Of a stretch of DNA of 64,000 bases, positions 29,992 to 40,047 are shown in pieces. Location of the stretch: positions 3,744,001 to 3,808,000 of the forward strand of contig OY764216.1 in the NCBI GenBank assembly GCA_963668315.1, in the 5' to 3' direction. This stretch comes from Spirochaetia bacterium. Lineage in GTDB: Bacteria > Spirochaetota > Spirochaetia > DSM-2461. Every line of letters begins with the position of its first letter. The first letter of the stretch is position 1. The notes beneath the pieces are model-generated. The model worked only from the letters and a program-made list of their open reading frames with translations. It was not told the DNA's origin and made no database searches. The position numbers and the translations under genes were made by a program.

Positions 29992-31035
29992 TTAATCCGT
30001 ATAAGCCCTGTACCACTCAACAAACCGGGAGATTCCCTCTTTTATTGAAACTTGCGGTCTGTAATCATAATCCCTTTCCAGAAGAGTCGTATCGGCCCAG
30101 GTTTTCTTTACGTCCCCGGGCTGCATGGGCTTCATCTCCATGTTCGCCTCTTTTCCCATAGCTTTTTCTATGGTATGGATAAAATCCATCAGCTGTACGG
30201 GGCTGCCGTTCCCTATATTATAGATACGGTAAGGAGCGGAACTGGAGGAAGGATCGGGATTTTCCGGGTCCCAGGTTTTATCCGCCCGGGGAGGATTCTG
30301 GATAATGCGGACGATGCCTTCCACCACATCATCCACGTAAGTGAAATCCCTAGCCATGTCGCCGTTATTGAAGACTTGGATTGTCCGGTTCTCTTTGATG
30401 GCACTGGCGAAGAGAATGGGGGACATATCGGGTCTTCCCCAGGGACCGTATACCGTAAAGAATCTCAGGCCCGTCACGGCGATACCGTAGAGATGGCTGT
30501 AACTATGGGCCATGGCTTCACAGCTTTTCTTGCTGGCCGCATACAGACTCACGGGATGAACGGCCGAGTCCTTCTCGGAAAAAGGCTGCTTCTGATTCAG
30601 TCCGTAAACGCTGGAACTGCTGGCGAAAACCAGGTTCTTCGTATCCGAGTGGCGACAGGCTTCCAGGATATTTAACGTCCCTTTGATATTACTTTCCGCA
30701 TAGGCGAGAGGATTTGTCAGACTGTATCGGACGCCGGCCTGGGCAGCCAGATGGATGACACCGTCAAATTTTTCTTTCCGGAACAAGTCGGTCAGGGCTT
30801 CCCCGTCTTCCAGATTCATGCGGATAAACCGGCAGTCATTGGAAAGGGAAATCATGGTTTCAAAGGGAAATTTATCCTGTTTAAATCCCAGCATCTTCAA
30901 TCGGTCATACTTGAGACGTACATCGTAGTAGTCATTCAAATTATCCAGTCCGACAACCTGATGGCCGTCCTGTATTAACCTTTTAGCCGTGTGAGCTCCG
31001 ATGAATCCCGCCATTCCGGTAAGTAAAATTTTCAT
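29992..31035 (-). CDS. UDP-glucuronate 4-epimerase (Cap1J/LspL-type)
   Basis: GLDNLNDYYDVRLK, HLAAQAGVRYSL, PVSLYAASKK, LRFFTVYGPWGRPDM, PYRIYNIGN. Confidence 0.92.
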   Translation of the reverse strand: MKILLTGMAGFIGAHTAKRLIQDGHQVVGLDNLNDYYDVRLKYDRLKMLGFKQDKFPFETMISLSNDCRFIRMNLEDGEALTDLFRKEKFDGVIHLAAQAGVRYSLTNPLAYAESNIKGTLNILEACRHSDTKNLVFASSSSVYGLNQKQPFSEKDSAVHPVSLYAASKKSCEAMAHSYSHLYGIAVTGLRFFTVYGPWGRPDMSPILFASAIKENRTIQVFNNGDMARDFTYVDDVVEGIVRIIQNPPRADKTWDPENPDPSSSSAPYRIYNIGNGSPVQLMDFIHTIEKAMGKEANMEMKPMQPGDVKKTWADTTLLERDYDYRPQVSIKEGISRFVEWYRAYTD

Positions 31036-31154
31036 AGAAGATATTTTATCCGTTGTTTATATGCTTTACAAGGTTTTCCAGGTATAATAATTCAGATTTA
31101 TGGTTTTTCATCCGTTAATCGTATAAGATAGTTATGTAAATTAAGGACCAATAT

Positions 31155-32240
31155 ATGGATGATATTCGATTACTGCTAACGGTTCTCTCCGTTTCATTTT
31201 CCCTGGTAACCTGTCTTTTCCTGACGCCGAAAATTATCAGACTGGCCAACAGGTTTCACTGGTTTGATCCTCCGGAAGAGAGAAAAATTCATACGGGGCA
31301 GATTCCCCGCCTGGGCGGCATTGCCATTGTCAGCTCACTGACGATATCAGCAATTGTCGCGCCCGCCGTGGCCAGCTGGATCATGAAGAAGGACATATCT
31401 CCCTTTAAATACATGCTTCCCAACAGTATGCTGGCGATTGGAGCACTGCTGATCTTTGCTGTAGGTCTCATCGATGATTTCCGTAATATTTCCGCCAGGA
31501 AAAAACTGCTCGCGCAGATTCTGGCCGGTCTTCTCGCTTGCGCGGGGGGAGCGAAAATCAATTTTTTCATGCTCCCTTTCATATGGTATAAAGTGGAACT
31601 GGGTCTCTGGGCCTGGCCGATTACGGTATTCTGGATCGTAGCTATCGTCAATGCCATGAACATGATCGATGGAATGGACGGTCTTTCAGGGACGATAGCA
31701 GGAATGGCCTGCCTGACCTATGGTCTGGTTCTTATTCTCCAGTCCAATTATCTCCTGGCCATTTTAAGTTTTGCCCTGATGGGAAGCATCCTGGGATTTC
31801 TCATGTATAATTACCCTCCCGCCCAGATCTTCATGGGCGATTCGGGTTCCATGTTTCTGGGGTTCTTCCTTGCGGTGATCCCCCTGGCGGCGGAACCCGA
31901 TTCGGGCGGGTCCCTGGTCCTTCCTATCACAATGCTGGTCATTCCCATCATAGATGTCATTGCCGCGATAATCCGCCGGGGAAGAGATAAGATTCCCTTC
32001 TTTGAACCGGACCGCTCCCATATGCATCACAAACTGCTGAGAATGGGATTTGACGAAAGAAGGATTCTCTCTCTAGTCTGCATCTTTTCTTTTTTCTTTG
32101 GAATCTGTACGGTTCTGACCTACTATCTTTCAGCCAGAAAAGGTCTCTATCTGATCTTTGCCGACTGGATTATCGGCGTGGTTTTCTTTATCATGCTTCA
32201 TTATTTGCATAAACATAATATTCAAAGGAAAAAGATGTGA
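31155..32240 (+). CDS. wecA: Undecaprenyl-phosphate GlcNAc-1-phosphate transferase (MraY/WecA/TagO family)
   Basis: RKIHTGQIPRLGG, GLIDD, NAMNMIDGMDGL, IFMGDSGS, PDRSHMHHKL. Confidence 0.9.
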   Translation: MDDIRLLLTVLSVSFSLVTCLFLTPKIIRLANRFHWFDPPEERKIHTGQIPRLGGIAIVSSLTISAIVAPAVASWIMKKDISPFKYMLPNSMLAIGALLIFAVGLIDDFRNISARKKLLAQILAGLLACAGGAKINFFMLPFIWYKVELGLWAWPITVFWIVAIVNAMNMIDGMDGLSGTIAGMACLTYGLVLILQSNYLLAILSFALMGSILGFLMYNYPPAQIFMGDSGSMFLGFFLAVIPLAAEPDSGGSLVLPITMLVIPIIDVIAAIIRRGRDKIPFFEPDRSHMHHKLLRMGFDERRILSLVCIFSFFFGICTVLTYYLSARKGLYLIFADWIIGVVFFIMLHYLHKHNIQRKKM

Positions 32241-33901
32241 AAAAGTTTTGTCTCTTAGCAGTACTCGCTGTTATCTCGTTTAATCTGTATTCCATGGACG
32301 TAAATGATCCGTCGGATATGTTATATAGGGATCTGGAATTCTGGCAGGAACAGGGTTATTACCGCCATATTCCCGATCTCAAGCCCTATTCTCCCCAGTA
32401 CGTCCTATCTCTCCTTGAAATAGTACTGCAAAAAGGGAATTACAAAGATAAGGAAATCGCTCAGCTTTACTACGATCAGATAAATAAAAGCCTTACTGCC
32501 AAACTGAATCTGGAATTAACCACCAATTATGCCAAAGGGGAAGTGGGGGAAACAGCGGGTACCATGGACGTGGATATCCAGGGCGAACTGTTTGACGATC
32601 TCTATCTCTGGGGAGATATCTCCGCCAGCGGGGTCGTCCGCTATGAAGAACCGGACTATTATATGTACTATGATTCCGTTCCCTACGGCCAGCGCCTTAT
32701 TAATAACCGCAAGGAGGACGCGGGTGAAATTGCCGGTATTGAGCTGATGGGAGGAACAACCACCATGCTCTCCTATGGAACGGAAGATCTCTACCTCAAC
32801 CTGGGAATCTATCGAAGCTCCTTCGGTCCCTTCCTGAATGATGGCGTTGTCATCAGCGACGAAGCTTACCAGCAGGGCCATTACGAACTGACTTACAATC
32901 ACAATAATTTTTCCTACAACATGACTATGCTCAGTCTGATAGGAACTTCCAATGAAGGCAGCTATAACTACAGCGATGATTCTTCAGATACCGATATGGA
33001 CTCCTTATACGATAAATACATGGTGCTCCACTCCTACAGCTGGGCGCCTTACCGCTGGCTGGATTTCGGCTTCTTTGAATCGGTGGTTTACGGGGAACGT
33101 TTTGAGCCTCTTTACCTCCTTCCCTTCGGTTATCTCTTTTACAGCCAGGGCTACGCCGGTTTCGCCGACAACTCCCTCATGGGGCTGAGCCTGAGAACCC
33201 TGCTGCCCCATAACATAGAGCTGAACGGTATCATCTATACGGATGATATGGATTTCAACGGCATCATCAAGGGCGACTTTGATACGAAGATGAAAATGGC
33301 CTTCGAGACGGGAGCCTCCTGGTCACCGGGAAACAGGTGGATTCATAAAATCAGTATGGATTACACGGCTGTCATGCCCTACATGTATACCCATTACGAC
33401 TGGCATTCTACCTATGTGTCCACAGATTTTAATCCGGATAATTATACTCACAACGGCGCCAATCTCGGGACGACCCTGAGTCCTAATTCGGACCGGATCA
33501 ATCTGACCGGTAGATGGCGCACTAACACAGCCTCGGAACTGACCCTTTTCGGCAACTGGATGCGCCACGGCAACGCTTCGGAATCCACCGGAGCATCGGA
33601 AAATGCCGACGGGACCATTTATGATAACGGAATAGATTCATCGGGCGAACTATACTTCCAGGACAGCCTCCCCTTCCTGACCCAGGATACCCTGGAAAAG
33701 GTTCTCCAGTTCGGTTTCGAATACACCACAACTTTAGATATGCCCTTTCAGGACGACGTGCGCTATTACGGCATGGAAATGTCTCTGGGTTACACCCATG
33801 AATGGATCTGGAACTCCGGAAGAGACTCCAGCACGGGACCGGTGGAAGGAAACGACGAAAACAACAGTTACTTCAACATCAGTTTCCGCGTTTTCCTGTA
33901 A
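32237..33901 (+). CDS. Wzi-like outer-membrane beta-barrel, paralog 2
   Basis: Signal peptide; LYRDLEFWQEQGYYRHIPDLKPYS cap; strong similarity to 35328-36977; ends ISFRVFL; GTG start overlaps the wecA stop. Confidence 0.6.
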   Translation: MKKFCLLAVLAVISFNLYSMDVNDPSDMLYRDLEFWQEQGYYRHIPDLKPYSPQYVLSLLEIVLQKGNYKDKEIAQLYYDQINKSLTAKLNLELTTNYAKGEVGETAGTMDVDIQGELFDDLYLWGDISASGVVRYEEPDYYMYYDSVPYGQRLINNRKEDAGEIAGIELMGGTTTMLSYGTEDLYLNLGIYRSSFGPFLNDGVVISDEAYQQGHYELTYNHNNFSYNMTMLSLIGTSNEGSYNYSDDSSDTDMDSLYDKYMVLHSYSWAPYRWLDFGFFESVVYGERFEPLYLLPFGYLFYSQGYAGFADNSLMGLSLRTLLPHNIELNGIIYTDDMDFNGIIKGDFDTKMKMAFETGASWSPGNRWIHKISMDYTAVMPYMYTHYDWHSTYVSTDFNPDNYTHNGANLGTTLSPNSDRINLTGRWRTNTASELTLFGNWMRHGNASESTGASENADGTIYDNGIDSSGELYFQDSLPFLTQDTLEKVLQFGFEYTTTLDMPFQDDVRYYGMEMSLGYTHEWIWNSGRDSSTGPVEGNDENNSYFNISFRVFL

Positions 33902-33903
33902 GC

Positions 33904-35283
33904 CTAATAGGCATTCTCATGGATAAAGCCTCGGAAAAGGGTGAGAAAAAGAATCTTGAAATCCAGCCAGATAGACCAGTCGTTTATGTAGCGGATATCG
34001 TATTCCACCCTTTTATAGAGGCTCGTGTCCCCTCTCCAGCCGTTGACCTGGGCCCAGCCGGTCAGTCCCCCTTTCACCTTGTGGCGGATCATATAGCCGG
34101 GGATTTCTTCCCTGAATTTTTCAATGAGCTCCGGCCTCTCCGGCCTGGGGCCCACCAGACTCATCTCCCCTTTGAGGATATTCAAAAACTGAGGGATTTC
34201 ATCAAGGCTTAAGCGCCGCATGATTTTTCCGAATCGGGTCGCCCTGGTATCTTCTCTGGTTACCCAGACCGCACCCGTCTCCTCCTCTGCCCCAACGGGC
34301 ATGGAGCGGAACTTGTACATGGTGAAAATCTTCCCTCCCCGGGTCATTCTCTGCTGTTTATAGATGACGGGCCCCTCGGAAGTCAGCTTGATGATGACGG
34401 GGCAAATCAGGAACAGAGGGGAGAAAAAGACAAAACCGGCCAGAGACCCGAGAATATCCAGACTTCTCTTGATAAGCCTGTCGGTCATGTCGAACTTTGT
34501 TTTATTCTGGTGGAACAGGGTAAGAGTATCCAGATTGTCTACGGTCGTATTGAGGAAGTTATACTGCTTGTCGGACAGGACGATTATGGGGACGAGGAGA
34601 TTATAGATTTCCCTTTGATATTCAAAGCGGGGAACGCCGCTGTCCTCTCCCGCGCAGACGACGAGCGTGTCAACTTTATGGGATTTGAGATAGACACTCA
34701 AATCTTCCTTGACTTCGGGTATGGAGGCGGGATGATTCTCCGGAGGGTGGTACCATCCGATAGGCTTTATGCCCAGGGAAGGCTGACTGCTGATATGATG
34801 CAGGTAGGTGTCCATCTCTTTTCCCTGGCCGATCAGCAGGACGGAAGTCTTATTAAAACCTTTTATCCGATAATGGAGAATAAGGTTGTTGAGAAAGATT
34901 CTCCCCACCGTCAGGAAAAAAACCAGCATGAGAAGGAATATGATCATGGAGAGGCGGGAGAAAATAAAATACCGTACAAAGAAAAATACCAGCACGCTGC
35001 CCATAAAGGACTGGAAAGCCGATTTGATGACGATGTACATCTCTTTCGTCCACTGGGTATAACGATTGAGGGAGTACAGCTTGTTGGAATGGAAAAAATA
35101 GAAATTCAAAACCAGAATAAAGGGAGCGCAGAAAAGAATATCCGCCAGATGCTCCCCGTAATCGGCCTGTTCCAGAATGCGGAACCTGATGTATGTGGAA
35201 CCGAACCAGGCAGCCAGCGCCATGACGGAATCCATTGATAAACGTAATGCATAGACCAGCTTTCTAGACTCACCCGTATCCAT
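33904..35283 (-). CDS. Polyprenyl glycosylphosphotransferase (WcaJ/WbaP-type Und-P Glc/Gal-1-P transferase)
   Basis: N-terminal TMs, a CoA-binding-like region, then IKRSLDI, YKFRSM, SLDEIPQFLNILKGEMSLVGPRPERP, GLTGWAQVNG. Confidence 0.93.
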   Translation of the reverse strand: MDTGESRKLVYALRLSMDSVMALAAWFGSTYIRFRILEQADYGEHLADILFCAPFILVLNFYFFHSNKLYSLNRYTQWTKEMYIVIKSAFQSFMGSVLVFFFVRYFIFSRLSMIIFLLMLVFFLTVGRIFLNNLILHYRIKGFNKTSVLLIGQGKEMDTYLHHISSQPSLGIKPIGWYHPPENHPASIPEVKEDLSVYLKSHKVDTLVVCAGEDSGVPRFEYQREIYNLLVPIIVLSDKQYNFLNTTVDNLDTLTLFHQNKTKFDMTDRLIKRSLDILGSLAGFVFFSPLFLICPVIIKLTSEGPVIYKQQRMTRGGKIFTMYKFRSMPVGAEEETGAVWVTREDTRATRFGKIMRRLSLDEIPQFLNILKGEMSLVGPRPERPELIEKFREEIPGYMIRHKVKGGLTGWAQVNGWRGDTSLYKRVEYDIRYINDWSIWLDFKILFLTLFRGFIHENAY

Positions 35284-35290
35284 GATTTAC

Positions 35291-35319
35291 ATTATAGTGT
35301 CTTTCGTATTTTTTGTGAA
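35291..35319 (-). promoter_or_regulatory. Sigma70 promoter, leaderless geometry, for the WcaJ-like gene
   Basis: TTCACA(35314-19)-N17-TATAAT(35291-96)-N7-ATG(35283). Confidence 0.7.
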
Positions 35320-35327
35320 CATTTTTC

Positions 35328-36977
35328 TCAATAGGATAATTTGCTATTTACACTTATATAGTGATTAATTTCGTTATTCCCCTCCACGGGAGCAAAACCA
35401 TTGGCACTATACCGCCCGGAGTTCCAGATCCTTTCGAAGGTATAGCCTCCCCCGATTTCCCAGGCCATTCCCCGATTTCTGAAATCCCAGGGAAGCTCCA
35501 GGACAGTTTGCACCTCAAATCCCAACTGAAGGACTTTCTCCAGCACGTCCTGAGTCAGAAACTCGTTCTCCGTGGCGAAATCGGGATTTCCCGAACTGTC
35601 AAAGCCGTTATCCCAGAGAGACCCGTCGGTAATGGGGTATGTTCCTCCCACATTTTCCGAAGAAGCGTTTCCGTGACGAATCCAGTTGCCTTTAAGAGTC
35701 AATTCCGTTTTGGGCGTCAGCCGCCAGCGGGAAGAGAGACTGATCCTGTCCGAATTGGGACTGAGGGAAACTCCCAGATTCTCCCCGGCATGGGAGTAAT
35801 TGCTGGTATTCATGCTGCTATAGACGGAACTTTCCGTATAAGCACTTTCCACTCCATGGGTATACATGTAGGGAAAGACAGCCGTATAATCCAGACTGAT
35901 CCTGTCCAGCCAGCTTTCGGCGGGCGTCCAGGAGAATCCCGTTTCGAAGGCAATCTTGATCTTCGTATCGAAATCGAGCTTCACCAGTTCGTTAAATCCC
36001 AGATCATCGATATAGAGAATACCGTTATACTCTACATTGCCCGGCATGAAGGAGCGTAGCTTCAAACCGATGAGGGAATTATCGTCAAACCCCGTTAATC
36101 CCTGGCTGTAGAAGAGATAGGAAAAGGGCATCAGATAAAGGGGCTCCAGCCGGTCCCCGTACACGACGGATTCGAAAAAACCGATATCCAGCCAGCGGCG
36201 GGGAGCCCAGTTATAGGAGTGGAGGGCCATATATTTATCAGAATAGTTTCCCTCTCCCTCATAATCGGAGCCGAACAGTTCCAGAAAAAGCATGGTATAG
36301 GAGAAATCGTCCTCCCGCCAGGTCAGTTCAAAGTGACCCTGGACTTTCGCCTCGCTGCTTATGACGACGCTGTCCCCCCAGTAGGGTCCGAAGGATCCGC
36401 GGGAAATCCCTATATTGGTATAAAAATGCTCCGTTCCCAGGGAAAACATCCCCGTGCTGGCCTGGAGAAGAGCCATGTTGCCGATAACCGATATATCCTG
36501 CACCACATTGCTGTCCGATCTCTCTCCGTAGGGTAACGAGGGATCGTACATATAGTAGGAGATCTCCTCCTGCTCCACCAGGCCGTTGGCACTTACCTGG
36601 CCCCAGACAGAAAGGTTATCCCTTATCATGCCGCGGAGGAAAAAATTGGCCGTGCCCGTCGTGACGGCAAGCCCTTCCCTTCCGTAACCGGAATCCAATT
36701 CCAGCTCTCCTTCCACACGGAGGCCCCGGTCTATATCATCGTAGTAGGATTCTGCCAGAGCGGCCTGATCAGCTCTCCCTTTAAGCATGACTTTTTTGAG
36801 GAGAGAGAGGATGAGCTGTGCCGAATAGGGCCTGACCTCGGGAAGATGGCGGTAATAACCCAGTTCCTGCCAATATTCGAGATCGCGGTAAAGATTATCT
36901 GCCGGATCATTTATATCAAGCGCCGGCAGGGTAAGCACCGCCGTCAGAAAAAACAGTATAAGCAAGGTTAAACGCAT
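35328..36977 (-). CDS. Wzi-like outer-membrane beta-barrel, paralog 3
   Basis: Signal peptide; LYRDLEYWQELGYYRHLPEVRPYS; DKYMALHSYNWAPRRWLDIGFFESVVYG shared with paralog 2; ends VNSKLSY; TAATG-coupled to the GT9. Confidence 0.6.
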   Translation of the reverse strand: MRLTLLILFFLTAVLTLPALDINDPADNLYRDLEYWQELGYYRHLPEVRPYSAQLILSLLKKVMLKGRADQAALAESYYDDIDRGLRVEGELELDSGYGREGLAVTTGTANFFLRGMIRDNLSVWGQVSANGLVEQEEISYYMYDPSLPYGERSDSNVVQDISVIGNMALLQASTGMFSLGTEHFYTNIGISRGSFGPYWGDSVVISSEAKVQGHFELTWREDDFSYTMLFLELFGSDYEGEGNYSDKYMALHSYNWAPRRWLDIGFFESVVYGDRLEPLYLMPFSYLFYSQGLTGFDDNSLIGLKLRSFMPGNVEYNGILYIDDLGFNELVKLDFDTKIKIAFETGFSWTPAESWLDRISLDYTAVFPYMYTHGVESAYTESSVYSSMNTSNYSHAGENLGVSLSPNSDRISLSSRWRLTPKTELTLKGNWIRHGNASSENVGGTYPITDGSLWDNGFDSSGNPDFATENEFLTQDVLEKVLQLGFEVQTVLELPWDFRNRGMAWEIGGGYTFERIWNSGRYSANGFAPVEGNNEINHYISVNSKLSY

Positions 36978-38068
36978 TATTTTGGGCTCCTTTCTTTCCA
37001 GAGGGACAATACGGTCCTCAGGACCTGTCCTGATTCAATCGTATCCAGGGAATGGGAATCTTTTCTGTCATATTCAAACCCCAGATGCAGACAGCCGGCG
37101 CTGGCCGTTCGGGCGGTAAAATTGACCTGTTCCCGGCACACCGGTCCCCAGCGCTTGACGGACGTGGGGCCGTGAAGGGCTACGACAGCCTGTCCATAGG
37201 CGGCGGCCATATGCATGATTCCCGTATTGACGCTCACAACCAGGCAGGCTTTCCTTAAGAGTTCTCCCGTTTCGGGAAGGCTGGTCTTCCCGGCCAGATT
37301 CTTAATCCATTCCCGATTACTGCATTGCGCGGTTATCCGTTCTGCCGAGGCGGCGTCGACCGGTCCTCCCGTTAACACCACGGGACAGCCGGCATTGGTC
37401 AGACCGTTGAGAAGAGAAACCCAGTGACTGTCGCTCCACTCTTTGTAACGGGCTTTAAAGCCGCTGGGAAACATGTGAACGACCACATAGGGATATGTCT
37501 TATCAATCTCCGCCTTCCCCAGGAAGGGCACCGATTCTGACCGGACTCCCAAAGGCTGGACAAGCCGGCGAAGGTTGTCCAGCTCATGACAATCGTTCCG
37601 ATGATCCACAGGAATATGATAAACATAGTGTCTATACTGCTTCAACGAACGAAAACCGATTCGGCATCTGCTGCGGGAGGAGAAGGCCAGCAGGCTGTTA
37701 AGCCGGGGCCAGGGGCCGCAGTCGAGGAAAACATCATACTTCTCCCGGCGGATAATTCGGACGGCCTTAAAGGGATTCTTAACGGGAATTTCCACCAGAG
37801 TCATGCCCGTCACAGACATTTCCAGTATCTTTCGAATGGCGGATCCGCAGAAAAGAGTATATTCCGTCTCCGGACGGGCCTTTCTCAGGTCATTCAATAC
37901 GGCGGAAAGGAGCAGGGAATCACCGATGGCGGCGGTAGCCAGAATCCCCATACGCTCCACCCTTTCGGGCACGGGGCGGCGGGTAACGGTCAATCCTGCC
38001 AGAAAAACCAGGGGGATTCCCAGAAATCGGTCCGCATGGCGCAGAAGAACATTCCCCCTGTCACCCAC
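36977..38068 (-). CDS. GT9 heptosyltransferase-like protein
   Basis: AAIGDSLL, KEWSDSHW, NLAGKTSL, VSVNTGIMHMAAA, VALHGPT...WGP. Confidence 0.9.
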   Translation of the reverse strand: MGDRGNVLLRHADRFLGIPLVFLAGLTVTRRPVPERVERMGILATAAIGDSLLLSAVLNDLRKARPETEYTLFCGSAIRKILEMSVTGMTLVEIPVKNPFKAVRIIRREKYDVFLDCGPWPRLNSLLAFSSRSRCRIGFRSLKQYRHYVYHIPVDHRNDCHELDNLRRLVQPLGVRSESVPFLGKAEIDKTYPYVVVHMFPSGFKARYKEWSDSHWVSLLNGLTNAGCPVVLTGGPVDAASAERITAQCSNREWIKNLAGKTSLPETGELLRKACLVVSVNTGIMHMAAAYGQAVVALHGPTSVKRWGPVCREQVNFTARTASAGCLHLGFEYDRKDSHSLDTIESGQVLRTVLSLWKERSPK

Positions 38069-39464
38069 GGAATTTCCGTATCCTTTCCATCAATCCCGTT
38101 GAGGAGTAACCGTCCACAAAGGGTATGGTGAGGGTATGTCCGGCGAATTCCCTGCCGACGATCTCATCGATTCCATAGTCGCCCCCCTTTACCAGGATAT
38201 CCGGCTTTATCCTTTCGATCAGATCATAGGGCGTATCTTCCTCAAAAAGAATAACCTCATCCACAAAAGCCAGGGATTCGAGCATGATCCGCCGGCAATT
38301 CTGATCATTAATCGGCCTGTCCGGGCCTTTCAGGCGCTGCACCGAATCATCGGAATTCAAACCGATCACAAGGAAATCGCCCAGTTCGCGGGCCTTCTTC
38401 AGATAATCCATATGGCCCGGATGAAGAAGATCAAAGCAGCCGTTGGTAAAAACAATTCTCATTCCCCTGTCCCGGGCCGTTTCCCAATGGCTCCGGGGTC
38501 GGACGGCAAGACTCCGGCAGAGCAGCTCCTTCGAGATCGGATGGGTTCCCAGAAATCCGACGACAATCCCTGCCGCCCGGTTGGCGGCGGCGACCGCGTC
38601 TTCCACGGCAAACCCGTCGGCCATGAACCTGAGAAGGGCGGCGGCGACCGTATCACCCGCTCCGGACACATCAAATACTTCCCGGGCCCGGGTGGAAATA
38701 TGACGGGTTCCCTTCTTATCAACCAGGGTCATACCATTGTCGCTCCGGGTAACCACGATACGCTCGAGATCAAACCTTTCCAGCAGCTCCCGGGCTCCCC
38801 GACCTATGTCTCCGTCTTCGTTCGGTACCCTTTTCCCCAGAGCGTCGCCCAGCTCTTTGACATTAGGCGTGATGAGAGAGGCGCCCCTGTACTTTTCCCA
38901 TTCCGAACCTTTGGGATCGACGACGACGGGAATTCCTCTTTTCCTCCCTTCCCCTATGATCGTTTCGCATAGTTCGGACGAACAGGTGCCTTTGTCGTAA
39001 TCGGATATGAGGATACCGTCCAGGCGGGAAAAATCGATTTCCCCGAGCTTTCCCATTAATCGGACCCTCTCTTCAACCGACAGGGAGCCGCTCTGTTCAT
39101 CATCTACCCGGACAATCTGCTGCCTGGCGGAGGTGATTCTTGTTTTGGTGATGGTATTTCTCTCCCAGATAACTCCAGCCAAGGTAATTCGGTCCCGGTC
39201 GAATAACTCTTTCAGCACTCTGCCCGGCTCATCGTCTCCGGTAAATCCCAGAAGCGTAACGGAGCCGTTCAGTCCGGAAAGATTCAGAGCCACATTTCCC
39301 GCTCCTCCCGGTTTATTCTCCCTTTCCGAAACGGTCAATACGGGAACGGGGGCCTCAGGGCTGATCCTCCTGATATCCCCCCGGACATAGCGATCGAGCA
39401 TCAGGTCCCCCGCCACGAGGAATTGCCGTCTGATTTCCAGAGCCGATTCGATTTTCTCAAGCAT
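38061..39464 (-). CDS. hldE: Bifunctional heptose-7-phosphate kinase / heptose-1-phosphate adenylyltransferase
   Basis: GDLMLDRY..RISPEAPVPV, DVSGAGDT, FTNGCFDLLHPGH, GLNSDDSV, LVKGGDY. Start set to ATG 39464. Confidence 0.95.
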   Translation of the reverse strand: MLEKIESALEIRRQFLVAGDLMLDRYVRGDIRRISPEAPVPVLTVSERENKPGGAGNVALNLSGLNGSVTLLGFTGDDEPGRVLKELFDRDRITLAGVIWERNTITKTRITSARQQIVRVDDEQSGSLSVEERVRLMGKLGEIDFSRLDGILISDYDKGTCSSELCETIIGEGRKRGIPVVVDPKGSEWEKYRGASLITPNVKELGDALGKRVPNEDGDIGRGARELLERFDLERIVVTRSDNGMTLVDKKGTRHISTRAREVFDVSGAGDTVAAALLRFMADGFAVEDAVAAANRAAGIVVGFLGTHPISKELLCRSLAVRPRSHWETARDRGMRIVFTNGCFDLLHPGHMDYLKKARELGDFLVIGLNSDDSVQRLKGPDRPINDQNCRRIMLESLAFVDEVILFEEDTPYDLIERIKPDILVKGGDYGIDEIVGREFAGHTLTIPFVDGYSSTGLMERIRKFRG

Positions 39465-40047
39465 CGGGAAACATCTCCCTCTCCACGAGTTCACAGATGA
39501 TGTGACCCGCCAGGATATGGCCTTCCTGGATACGGGGCGTATCCGATTCGGGTATTTTGATAAGGATATCACAGTAAGCGGCCATGGCTCCGCCTTCTTT
39601 CCCGGTTAACCCGATCGTATGAATACCCATGGACCGGGCTTTTCTCACGGCATTGACAATGTTGAGGGAGTTCCCGCTTGTGGAAAGACCGATGAAAACA
39701 TCCCCCTCCTTCCCTTTACCCTCCAGAATCCGGGCGAAAAGGTTCTCATAGCCGTAATCGTTGGAAATCGCCGTCAGGGAAGAGCTGTTAACTGTCAGGG
39801 CCTCGGCGCTCAGGGATCGGCGGTCCAGATAGAATCGCCCGACCAGTTCGCAGGCCAGATGCTGGGCGTCGGCGGCGCTCCCCCCGTTCCCCGCGAGAAA
39901 CAACCGGCCCCTCTCCTCCCGGTAGCTGTTCAAAATCATCTCGACGCTGCTGTTTATTCCTTCGATTACATCGGCAGATTTGAGCATGTTTTCCTTGACG
40001 GACAACGCCTGCTCCAGCCGCTCTTTAATGGTAGCTTCATATTTCAT
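39457..40047 (-). CDS. gmhA: Sedoheptulose-7-phosphate isomerase
   Basis: GNGGSAADAQHLACELVGRF, TAISNDY, STSGNS, TPRIQEGH. Confidence 0.96.
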   Translation of the reverse strand: MKYEATIKERLEQALSVKENMLKSADVIEGINSSVEMILNSYREERGRLFLAGNGGSAADAQHLACELVGRFYLDRRSLSAEALTVNSSSLTAISNDYGYENLFARILEGKGKEGDVFIGLSTSGNSLNIVNAVRKARSMGIHTIGLTGKEGGAMAAYCDILIKIPESDTPRIQEGHILAGHIICELVEREMFPDA

